From the NCBI GenBank assembly GCA_012295275.1, contig CM022665.1:47864001-47928000 (forward strand): a stretch of DNA of 64,000 nucleotides, given 5' to 3'. Source of the DNA: Chrysomallon squamiferum (taxonomy: Eukaryota; Animalia; Mollusca). Position 1 is the stretch's first letter, and every line of letters begins with the position of its first letter. Shown here piece by piece: positions 14,638-26,063 of the stretch. A program made the position numbers and the translations under genes. The notes under the pieces were generated by a model that was not told where the DNA came from, made no database searches, and saw only the letters and a list, made by a program, of their open reading frames with translations.

Positions 14638-14678
<41 letters not shown>

Positions 14679-14693
14679 ATGTCTGTCTATATG

Positions 14694-14729
<36 letters not shown>

Positions 14730-14734
14730 TATAT
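14558..14734. repeat. Compound (TATC)n(TGTC)n(TACA)n(TA)n microsatellite
   Basis: Direct inspection. Confidence 0.95.
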
Positions 14735-15745
14735 TTGGTTTTAAGTTTGCTAATTTGTCTTTTAATTCTGTCTTTGACTCAAACGACACTTGTGACAGCA
14801 AAAAGAGTTTAAATCAAACACGATACTAGAACATTCTTTACATTTTGTTACGGTACGCATGCACTAAACACAATACATACATTTTCATATACATTACTTA
14901 ACTATTTTTTTTTTTTTTTTTTTTTTTTTATTATTCTTTTGTTCGGTTACCTGTTTATGTAATTTTTTATTTTGTTTTTATTTTATTTATTTATTTTTTT
15001 TTTTTTATGGACCTGTATCATCCAGTCTCGCGTTATTTCCCGTGTAATACGAGATCTGATGAGTGAACGAATTCAGTCTCTGCTAAACCTGTTATCTGAG
15101 TGATCCTTAATTACGTCTCTGGCGCTTTTTAACCGTAAAAACAAACCCCGTAGTGCGCGTGTCTACAATTAACTGTTTCCTTTCTTCTGTCTTTTTGAGA
15201 CGCTGAATCGTTCACACAAGTGCAAAACTCATGTCAGACTGAGTAACCGAAGGCCAGCGTTCTTAAGGTAAAAACGTTCCCGACAGACTGAGTAACAGGG
15301 TAATTAAGATTAAAACACTAATGTTTTTTGTTATTTTGTTTCCTTCTATTTTTCTTATTTCTGATTGTCAGTATGGGAAATACTGAGTTTTATAATCACT
15401 ATATTTTTCTGTGCTTTGTTTCTGTATATTAGCATTTCGTTAAAAATCGTTAGCTTCTTCTGAAGCGCAGGAATATGAGATCAAATCTTACATACAGAGA
15501 GAGAACAATATATATTATTATTTAGAACATATTTTAACGTTTTAATTAAAAAAAAAAAAAAAAAAAAAAAATAAAAAATGAAATGAAATGAAATAATAAT
15601 AATAATAATAAAAAAAAATTTCTGATGGTAGTGATAATAATTTTTCCAAACTGTGTTGTTATTTATAAAACGCTTGTACATAATTCGTACTTTTTTATTT
15701 GTTTTTTTAAAACTGAGTACTGCATTTTAACTTTATTATTATTAA

Positions 15746-15791
<46 letters not shown>

Positions 15792-15792
15792 G

Positions 15793-15833
<41 letters not shown>

Positions 15834-17394
15834 TATTTTATTTTTTATTTTATTTTATTTATTTTTTCATTTACTTATTTATTTATTATTAATGGTTATA
15901 TATATATATATATAAAACAATTTATTATTATTTAATTATTTATTTACTTATTAATTAATTAATTTTTTTGTAACACCTTTGAGGATCTCTCCTAACAAAA
16001 CTCGTGAAGATTCGTGCAGATTCGTGAAGATTCGTGCAGATTCGTGCAGATCTGAATCTTTAAAACAGTTTGGAAACCTTCCACGTATTTTGATCTTCAG
16101 ATAAACACAGCATGTCGCAACAGCCGAGCTGCAACCACAACGACGTGCGTAACACAACGCAACACAGCGTAATGTCATCAGATTACAACAGGTAAAAAAA
16201 AAAAGAAAAAAATGCAGGTAAACTGCAGGTGACTGATTATCAGAGATGAGCTGATTTGACAGGTGATCAGTCTTTATTTCGGCAGCCGTCACGTTGATAA
16301 ATTGAACGACTGAGAGATCAGGGACAAATCTTGATAATTCAGTTTGCGTTAGAATGAATGAGTGAATAAATATAGCTGACGTTTTAATTAAGTAGTGTGT
16401 GTGCGTGTGTGTTTGTCTGTCTGTCTGTGCGTGTGTGTGAACAAATCTAAGCAGACAGGTTTGTAAAAATTAAATCAATGACATGGTGACATAAAAATAA
16501 AAAAAAATAAAAAATAATTGTAAAAGTACGTTTTAGTTTCAGCCATTACAGAATCTAAATAAATAAATAAATAAATAAATAAACCGAGATAAAAACAGAC
16601 AAAGAAACAAAACAATAACAACAAAAACAAGAAAACAACAAAACACACACACAAACACGAGTTAATTAAGGACTGATTAGCTGGGTATAGCTAACATTTT
16701 AATTAAACAGTGTGTGTTTAAAGGTTCTTCTGTCTCTGTATAAATGTATATGTATGTATGTGCGTGCGTGCTTGTGTGTGTGTCTCTGTGTGTGTGTACG
16801 TATGTATGCATGTATACGTATATCTTTTTGTATATATGAATGAATGAATGTTAGTATATATGTAGGACTGTGTTTATATTTGTAATTATATAAGTAAACA
16901 TCTGAATAACACATCAGTTACTGTCTGTGTGTCTCTGCGTGTTTCTGTCAGTCTGACAATAGTTTCACTGTTGTGAAAACAAATCCTGTAAGAGTACAAA
17001 ACGTAACTTTACTTCTGAGTAAAACAGTTTAAATCACAAAGACAAACAAAAGAGTAAGTAACCTCGCTCTTCCAAACTTGATACTCTCAAATAACAACAT
17101 ATTCAGTTTTTTTAAACTTCATTTTTTTTATTTTTAGCTGCATTTTTTTTTTTTTTTTCTTAATTTTTTTTATCTCAAATGACCTGTGTTCAGTCGCAGG
17201 TTTGATATAAGAAATTTTGACTGTCGTTGCGTATTTTATTAGATATGTGTAATTGTTTCGTTTTCTTTAGTTTGTTGTTGTTGTTGTTTTTGTTATAAGA
17301 TACGTTATTACAAGGAGAAAAAAAACCCCACACAGACACCTGCCTATCTATCTCTCTATGCACATGAATATATATATATGCACGTGAATACAAA

Positions 17395-17438
<44 letters not shown>

Positions 17439-17684
17439 TAAAAACGTACGTATCTCCATTGAATAACAAAACAGTTCATCTACATATATCTTCTTTATTT
17501 AGAAAACCAGGGAGACTACAGCAGTAACTTATGACGTCACAATTACAGCGTCATGTTTCTATGACTCACTCATTGTGATTTAACTTGTTTTGTGACGTAT
17601 TACAAATAAACAAGTGTGTTTATATTAAAAAATCTTCTACGTTTAGACTCGATTATTAAACGTAAGTCAGTTAAACCTAGTTTT

Positions 17685-17716
<32 letters not shown>

Positions 17717-17729
17717 CTGAAAAGACAAA

Positions 17730-17792
<63 letters not shown>
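17685..17792. repeat. (AG)~14 and (CT)~30 microsatellites in inverted arrangement
   Basis: AG run at 17685-17713, 18-nt spacer, CT run at 17732-17792. Confidence 0.93.
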
Positions 17793-17797
<5 letters not shown>

Positions 17798-18658
17798 AGT
17801 TATGTTTTAGTCTTTCTGTCAAAAATCCTAAACTACGCAGTTTATATTTATTGTTATTACAAGTCGTCAAGTGAGAACATGGCTTTAGTTTGAGTCACTG
17901 TGTTAAATGTAAATTTGGTTTGATAAATCAAATCATTTGCTATGTCTGAGGTAACAGAGGTTCGCAAAAACTTCGAAAAAAAAAAAATTAAAAAAAAAAA
18001 AAACATTAAGTGGAGACGATACTGAAAACCTAACACCACACCCAAAATTAAACTTTATTTTTTATATATATATATATATATATTGTAGTTGTAAGTGAGT
18101 TATTTATTTAAAGAAGTATTTTATCGTAGTCTTGTTTGAGATAATTTAACTAAACGTCTTCTGTAAGTTAAAATAGAACGACTGAGAGTTTAACACAAAT
18201 CACTGATTGTTCAGTCGACAGTTTTCTGTGGAACGCTGACAATGAAATCCTCTTTCACCACTCAAATTGTCACTCTTACAGAAATGTTTGTTTATACAAC
18301 CTTCCCATTAACAGTAAAACTGTTCTTGAAAAGAAAGACGTTGTGAACGACTGGTTGTTCTGAGTAAGGTAGTTTGAAAGAGAGGAAATCTTTCATTGTA
18401 CATGTATAATGGATAAAAACGTCCACAAATAAAAAATCAAAGTTATAATTATTTCTTTTTATCATATGTATATATAATGTTTTCTGTGACTGATGAAGTG
18501 AAACCAAGGTCACGTTATTCGTAATTCCTAGTCATGATTAATCCACTCTCTCAATTAGAATCGTGTAACAAGCTGCTAATAATATATATATATATTTTAC
18601 ATACAACATACACATTTTTTTTATACATATTTTACATAGATAGATATCACATACACAC

Positions 18659-18701
<43 letters not shown>

Positions 18702-19251
18702 TTTTTCAAACGATACTGTCTGAGAATACTGATTCATTTTCTATCACAGATCTGTTGAAATGGAAGTTATCATGACGCAAAATCTGCTACACTGTTTTCA
18801 GTCTACAGCAACGGTCTGTATACTTTAACACAAAACAGTGCACTACATACCTCGATGTTTTATAACGAGTCGTAACACACGAGTTTCACTGAGTACACAG
18901 CATTAGCATATTGTACAACAAGTGAAGTCAGTAAACTTAGACTATTAAGATGACGTAAAGTTAGCAGGGTAAGTAGACTGGTGTAACGTTTAATGTTAAA
19001 CGACTGGTTCACGCAGTTTGTTGCCAGTAGACTGGTAACCGCATACCATTACGTTGTTAACAAAACAGTATCATTTATTAACACAGTCACTGTAATCGTA
19101 ATAATGACGTCAGTGATAAGAACAACTATGGCAACCCTAGTTATTAAAATGAGGTCAGAACTGATGTGTGTACGGTCGACAGAGCCATGTGGTGATCACG
19201 TGAGCGGACGTTACGTTGTGTTTAATTTTCTTAGTTCGAAATCAAAAAAAA

Positions 19252-19283
<32 letters not shown>

Positions 19284-19541
19284 AAAAGAGAATTGCATAA
19301 ACATTCATCATTTATTGCAGTCGTTCAGTGCGATGTTAGCTATTACAGTAACGGATTAATTATATTAGATAACAAAAGACCGCTGAGAAATAAGAATTAA
19401 TAATATGCTATCGTATAAAATTACTTATTGTTATACCTAACATCAATGAGATTTAATTATATAAGATGGATATTAGTCAGACAAGCCGTAGAAATTTGTA
19501 TTATTTTTCCGTGATATAATTAATAAAAATATAAAAATAGG

Positions 19542-19701
19542 AAATGCAGTAATTTAATAGTAATGTGTGGAAACTGGGTTTGAGGTTTCTGTCATATAGT
19601 TAATAAAACTGTTGTAAATGCAGTAATTTAATAGTAATGTGTGGAAACTGGGTTTGAGGTTTCTGTCATATAGTTAATAAAACTGTTGTAAATGCAGTAA
19701 T
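19542..19701. repeat. Perfect 74-bp tandem duplication (2.2 copies)
   Basis: AAATGCAGTAATTTAATAGTAATGTGTGGAAACTGGG...GTTGT at 19542 and 19616. Confidence 0.95.
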
Positions 19702-20639
19702 GTAATCAGTTTTAATAAAAGTAAAGATAGAAAAGATTAATCAGTGAAAGTGTTGCCTTGTTCGTCAGTCTCGCGTTTTTTATTTAAATTAATTAACATA
19801 TTTATTAATTTCTTCTTCTTCTTCGTTTTCTTCTTCTAATTATTGTTGTTGTTGTTGTTGTTTTAATATTTCTATCTACGACGTATCTTCGTGAAAGAAG
19901 TGAAAATGGCGGAACTGTTAACACGTCTCAGACTTATAATTTCATAGCCATACTTTGTTATTAGAAAAGACTGAGACCCATGAACAACTTTAATAATCGT
20001 TTGGAAGTGTATAAAATGTGTTGAGACTTTTTGTTTGTACAATCACAGTACAGTTCATCCAACAGTCGATGATAGTAAATAAATTATTGAAGTTCGGTTG
20101 TATTTGATATGAACATTTAATGTTTAACAGACTGTGACAGAAAATAAATCTATGTTTTCTGTTAAACAAACGTTTAATATTCAGTGGCCTATCATGGAAA
20201 ATAAATCACAGTTTTCTAGCGGTGCTGTTAAACAAATATTTAACATTCAGTAGCCTCACACAGAAAATAAATCAGGATATTCTAACAGTATCGCTAAACA
20301 CAAAAGCGGTGTCGGATATTTTCATCTGGGTGTAAAGTTTCACGGTGACACAATAAACTGCAGTGATTGAATGTGTGACGTCACTATGACCTGCTCGTCA
20401 TTCCGTGCACTATTTTAATAGATTGTAAATTCCGATTATTATTATTACTATTATTATTATTATTTTTTTTTTACCAGGTATGTCGATGTGTCTGTGAGAT
20501 ATATACGTAACTAGAATGAAGGATTGACGTGTTCTTTGTTAAAACGTGCTTGTTCAAAACTTCGCCTTATGTGTTACCCAATACGACTGTTTGCTGATAA
20601 CATAAAATTTACAGAAGATATTATAATAAAATTAACTGA

Positions 20640-20694
<55 letters not shown>

Positions 20695-21322
20695 GTACTA
20701 CTAGTACTACTACTACTAATTAAAATAATAATATAAAAAATAAATAATAATAATAATAATAATAAAAACTAACACTATATTCCATGAGTAGATTTTGTTT
20801 TTCCTATTACCAAGAAGAGATATTTTCAATGAAGTGATTCTGTAACATAAAAACACACGCTATGACCTTTGAGACAAAATGATGTCGAGCTGGTTAGAAC
20901 GGGATATATACCTTAATGGAGGAGTGATACTGTGACAGCTCCTGACCAAAGTCAATAAGCTATAGTCCGCTCCCTTTGTTTGTGTAGGTTCAGGTGTAGG
21001 TGCAGGTGTAGGTGTGGAGTGAAGTTGTTTACTAAGACAGAATAACAGTTTTTTATTCTATATTCTTATCTTGACATTGTCAGTAGTTTTATCTCATTTA
21101 CCTTGGCATTGTTCACCTACAACAAAACAAACAGTTTGATACGTTCATTTATTTACAGAAAACTTTACACGTTGTTCTGAAGTCAGCAATTGCACTGTTT
21201 GACTTTTCACAAAAACGAATTCACATTACACGTGACAGTTTTCAGTTTGGTTCGATCAATGTCTGTCTGAACCAAGTAAAACAAACAAACAAACAAAACA
21301 AACAAACAAACATAAACAAACA

Positions 21323-21357
<35 letters not shown>

Positions 21358-21915
21358 AAAAACAAATAAATAAAAACAGTCTTGTAATTAACATATTTTC
21401 ATGTGTTGTATGTATGTTTGTCTGTGTGTATGTATGTATGTATGTATGTATCTACATGTATGATATTCTTTTCAAAGAGAATTTAAAGAAATTTCTAGAA
21501 ATTTTAAACACTGACTGCAACCACAGTTTAGATTCCAGACACTTGTGCGGCTTGAACCATAATCATACAGAAAGTAATTTGTCAAATCGAGGCTGCAATT
21601 TAGCGACGGAATAGAATTTATTATTATTATTTTTTTTTTTATGTTTTATTACCTTCATCTGATGCTGTTTCTTCCCAGAACTGACACAGATAGAATTAAC
21701 ATATTAACCATACAGAATCCTAATTATACAGAATCATTTTATTTTTTTATTTTTTTTTATTTTTTAAACGAGGCTGCAGTGGTAGAAGTGAACTGGATTT
21801 ATTTGTTTTCATGTTTATCACCTTCCTCTGCTACTGTTTCTTCCCAGAACTGACACAAACAGAGAGAGAAAGAGAGCGTATTAACATACAGAGAAGATTT
21901 TTGTTTTTTGTTTTG

Positions 21916-22917
21916 TTAATCGACGTCAGATAAGATGAGGTTGTCCAGAAGAGGCGAAGAATGACGTCTGAGGCGAACGAAGGTGACGTTGTCGTCGAAC
22001 GTGACCCGTTTAACGGGAGACGACGAGTCGAGCCGCCGCCGCCGTTGTTGTTGATGATGATGATGATGACGTCGTATCGCGTCGTCCGACGCTGCTTGGT
22101 TTCCGCTCAGCGTGACGTCACCGCGAGGCTCTCTGGTGGAGTGCGGACGTTGTTGTCTGTAGCCGTCCGTATTGAGCGAGCGAGTCAGTCTGCTGCTCGC
22201 CCTCGCTCTCCCACTCCTCGGCGAGCACCTGGGCGAGCTCCTGGGCGAGCTGTGGTTGTGTTTGCAGACGTCTGTGAACAGTGGAAGAACCGCCCGGGTC
22301 CTGTCGAGCTTCGCGAAGCCGGCCGATCGCGGAGGAGATCGACGAGGCGTGGTTCTGCCGGCAGGTGGCGCCACCACCGAGCTGCTGCCGTCGCCGTCGT
22401 CGTCGTCGTCGTCGTGGCTGCTGCTGCTGCTAGGTACCACGTCGCTGGCGAGCACGACGTTCCTGTACGAGGCTGCGGTGAAGTTGCTGAGGATGGACTT
22501 GGCGCTCGCCTCTGGCTGCAGAATCCCGCTGGAAGGTTTCCTCCTCGTCCTCGTGGTTGTCGTTGTCGTGGTTGTGGTAGTGGAGAAGAGTCTGAAATCT
22601 CTCGTCTCCGTGTTGGAAACCTTCCCGCTCGTTTCTTCTGACCTCGCGCACTGTTTGGATTTCCTTCCAGTGCTGCCGCTGATGATGGTGGCAGCAGCTT
22701 CACTTCTGTCTCTCTGAAACGCTGCCGTCGTCGTCGTCGCATCCGTTGCTGAAACGACGTCTGCCAGGGTGCAGGACGTGCCGCGGTGGTCGGCGCCGCC
22801 GTCACTGCTGTCTGGAGTTTTGTGATTAACTCGAGTCGCGACGGAGTAACTCCTCTGGTGGAAACTTCTTCCTCGTCCACGAGCTGGGTGAATGCGACAA
22901 CAGGTCGCTTCAGACAT
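21916..22917 (-). CDS. Uncharacterised 333-aa Ser/Arg/Thr-rich, probably disordered protein with a C-terminal PP1-binding RVxF-like motif (VKRVTFDDNVTFV)
   Basis: 1-kb stop-free frame whose high GC content falls sharply at both the ATG and the TAA into AT-rich flanks. It has poly-T/D/H/Q runs, and KRVTF lies at 21997-22011. It could also be a large terminal exon. Confidence 0.7.
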   Translation of the reverse strand: MSEATCCRIHPARGRGRSFHQRSYSVATRVNHKTPDSSDGGADHRGTSCTLADVVSATDATTTTAAFQRDRSEAAATIISGSTGRKSKQCARSEETSGKVSNTETRDFRLFSTTTTTTTTTTRTRRKPSSGILQPEASAKSILSNFTAASYRNVVLASDVVPSSSSSHDDDDDDGDGSSSVVAPPAGRTTPRRSPPRSAGFAKLDRTRAVLPLFTDVCKHNHSSPRSSPRCSPRSGRARASSRLTRSLNTDGYRQQRPHSTREPRGDVTLSGNQAASDDAIRRHHHHHQQQRRRRLDSSSPVKRVTFDDNVTFVRLRRHSSPLLDNLILSDVD

Positions 22918-23501
22918 CTTTTCTTTACAGTAACAGAAAAATATAAAAATATAAAAATATATAAAATTTAATAACGAAATAAGGAAATAAAAATCACCTC
23001 ACTGGCATTTAACAGCGCAAACACAATAAAAAAAAAACTCTCTTTAAAGCGAACATAAACAAGACGAATGAATAAACACGTCGATATATCGATCTGCTTA
23101 TCGATGAATTAATCCACGACAGGGCAGGCCGGCCTGGCTGCGTGCGTGCGTGCGTTTACTTCGGTAAGTCACGGATTTCAGAGTGAGGCAGTGTTATCAG
23201 AGTGAGGCAGTAGTGTTGCGGCAAACACATCGTTGTCGTAGCGAGGAAAAAGTCGCAGTGTATTTAATGAACAGTGTTTTCTCGAAGTGACGCGGTGTGC
23301 TAACCAGTGCAGTGGTTTTTGTGTGTTGATCGGGTTTTTGACGTTTAGGCCACGCCTCTCACGGCTGTCAATCAACCGGTTCTGTTACAGATATACCGCG
23401 TCGTGGAAGCTTTGTGTGAAATTTATATGTGTTTTTTTTTTATTTTGTGTGTGTTCAAACTGTGTACCAGTCTAAAACGATATCGATACGTTTAGGTGTG
23501 G

Positions 23502-23533
<32 letters not shown>

Positions 23534-24068
23534 AACGAAAAAAAGAAAAAATCTAAAAAAAAAAAAAAAAAGAAAAATTAGAAAAAAAAAAAAAGAAAAA
23601 AAAAAAAAAGAAATAAAGAAAAACGACAATAAAAAATAGTTTCGTCATGACTGCATAAAAAAAGACATTTGTTTTTATTTTTAAAAAACTTCCTTCTTTT
23701 TAGATTTGATTTCTATTTTTATAATAAAACTTCCTTCTTTATTATTATTATGACTGTTATTATTATTATTATTATTATTAATATTATCTGAACTTTATTA
23801 TGTTGATATTTAATAGTTACAGAAGCAGTAGAAACATCTATAGTATTAGAAGCGAGATTGACAACAGCACCAGCAGTAATAGTAGTAGTAGTAGTAGTAA
23901 AGGTTGTAGTAGTGATAGCTGTGCTGTTGGTACTGGTATTGGTGATATTTGTTGCAGTGAAGATAACAGAAGTGGTAGAAGTAATAGCAGCAACAACTAC
24001 AACATGGATCTAATTTATAGCAAAATACCAACGTAAATAATAATAATAATAATAATAATATAAATAAA

Positions 24069-24102
<34 letters not shown>

Positions 24103-24121
24103 CAGCAACAACTAGAACAAT

Positions 24122-24153
<32 letters not shown>

Positions 24154-25085
24154 TAATACAGCAACCCCAAATAAGTAGTAGTAATAACAAAATTTCAAGG
24201 CAGAGTTTAAAAACAACAACAACACAACAACACTAACACGATCAGGTGTTGTGTTTTTTGTTTCTTTTTCCCCTCGTGCGTGCCGTAGACAATAAAATGT
24301 GTTGACCACGTCGAAGGTAAACACCGCAGTTAGACGGGCTTAATCAGCAGACAGAAGTAAACACTGACTGTGGTGGCAGTCGTAGTAGTCGTAGTAGTCG
24401 GAGTAACAATGGCGGTGGTTTGTAAAACGAGATCGCTGATAATGTGAGAACGTGGGGCGAGAGTCAATCGACAGATTTAGCAGCGAGTTAGCGAGAACAA
24501 AGCAAAGCGATCAACGACAACAACGACAACAACAGCAGCCTAACAAATACCACGCGTTAAAGAGTCGACCTGATACCACAGCAGCACAACACTGACAACT
24601 CGGGTCAAACAATCCCAGTGTTCCAGAGTCCGCCGCCATTATTGTCTCGCTCTGGTATCGTCTTTCAAGTTCACGGAAATTATCCGAAAGAAGTAGTTTT
24701 TGTTACGTGTTGTTGTTATTTTATTTTTTTCTCTTCTTCTTCTTTCTCGTTGTCGTGTTCGTCTTCTTCTCCTTTTTATTGTTGTAGTCGTAGCTGTTGT
24801 TGTTGTTGTACCGCTCGTTGCTGTTGTCTTAGACACAAGGAGAATTGTGTAACGCGTCTGATAAGCATGACTGAACCGTTACTGACAAAAACGATTTTTT
24901 TAAAATTTCTTAGTCATTTATTTTTCATTGTACTTCTTCTTTTTTTCAAGTTTGATTGATTAGATTTTATTGTTGTTGTTGTTGACGATGGTGTAATGTT
25001 GTTCGCTGAGGTAATGGTATACATCGTCGTGAAATGAGTAAATTAAGGACATGTAGATACTGGTGAAAACTGGTGGTAGATACTC

Positions 25086-25863
25086 GTACAATACCAGTGT
25101 TATGTTATACAATACTAGTGTTATGTTATACAGTACCAGTGTTATGTCACACTCATACAATTCTAGTGTTATGTTATACAATACTAGTGCTATGTTATAC
25201 AATACTAGTGTTGTGTTATACAATACTAGTGCTATGTTATACAATACTAGTGTTGTGTTATACAGTTCTAGTGTTATGTTATACAATACTAGTGCTATGT
25301 TATACAATACTAGTGTTATGTTATACAGTACTAGTGTTATGTTATACAATACTAGTGTTATGTTATACAGTACCAGTGTTATGTCACACTCATACAATTC
25401 TAGTGTTATGTTATACAATACTAGTGCTATGTTATACAATACTAGTGTTGTGTTATACAATACTAGTGCTATGTTATACAATACTAGTGTTGTGTTATAC
25501 AGTTCTAGTGTTATGTTATACAATACTAGTGCTATGTTATACAATACTAGTGTTATGTTATACAGTACTAGTGTTATGTTATACAATACTAGTGTTATGT
25601 TATACAATACTAATGTTATGTTATACAATTCTGGTGTTGTGTTATACAGTTCTAGTGTTATGTTATACAATACTAGTGTTATGTTATACAATACCAGTGT
25701 TATGTCACACTCATACAATTCTAGTGTTGTTATACAATACTAGTGCTATGTTATACAATACTAGTGTTGTGTTATACAATACTAATGTTATGTTATACAA
25801 TTCTAGTGTTATGTTATACAATACTAGTGTTATGTTATACAATACTAGTGTTATGTTACACTA
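25086..25863. repeat. 21-bp minisatellite (TACAATACTAGTGTTATGTTA) with occasional 27-bp variant units
   Basis: Tandem units run into the gap. The variant GTTATGTCACACTCA occurs at 25141, 25378 and 25699. Confidence 0.97.
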
Positions 25864-26063
25864 NNNNNNNNNNNNNNNNNNNNNNNNNNNNNNNNNNNNN
25901 NNNNNNNNNNNNNNNNNNNNNNNNNNNNNNNNNNNNNNNNNNNNNNNNNNNNNNNNNNNNNNNNNNNNNNNNNNNNNNNNNNNNNNNNNNNNNNNNNNNN
26001 NNNNNNNNNNNNNNNNNNNNNNNNNNNNNNNNNNNNNNNNNNNNNNNNNNNNNNNNNNNNNNN
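25864..26063. other. Assembly gap (200 N)
   Basis: Run of N between the 21-bp minisatellite and the 374-bp satellite. True length and adjacency are unknown. Confidence 0.99.

Noticed and set aside
21961-22880. Overlapping + strand and alternate-frame ORFs over the 333-aa gene
   Set aside because: Shadow ORFs of GC-rich sequence. Only the 21916-22917 frame matches both compositional boundaries.
24270-24680. GC-richer island with ATGGCGGCG on the minus strand (24639)
   Set aside because: The frame stops after 42 codons and has no recognisable product. It is more likely UTR or regulatory sequence, and is not supportable as a CDS.
24960-25863. LYNITLV heptad-repeat ORF resembling a coiled coil
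   Set aside because: Translation of a 21-bp minisatellite that is open in several frames on both strands.
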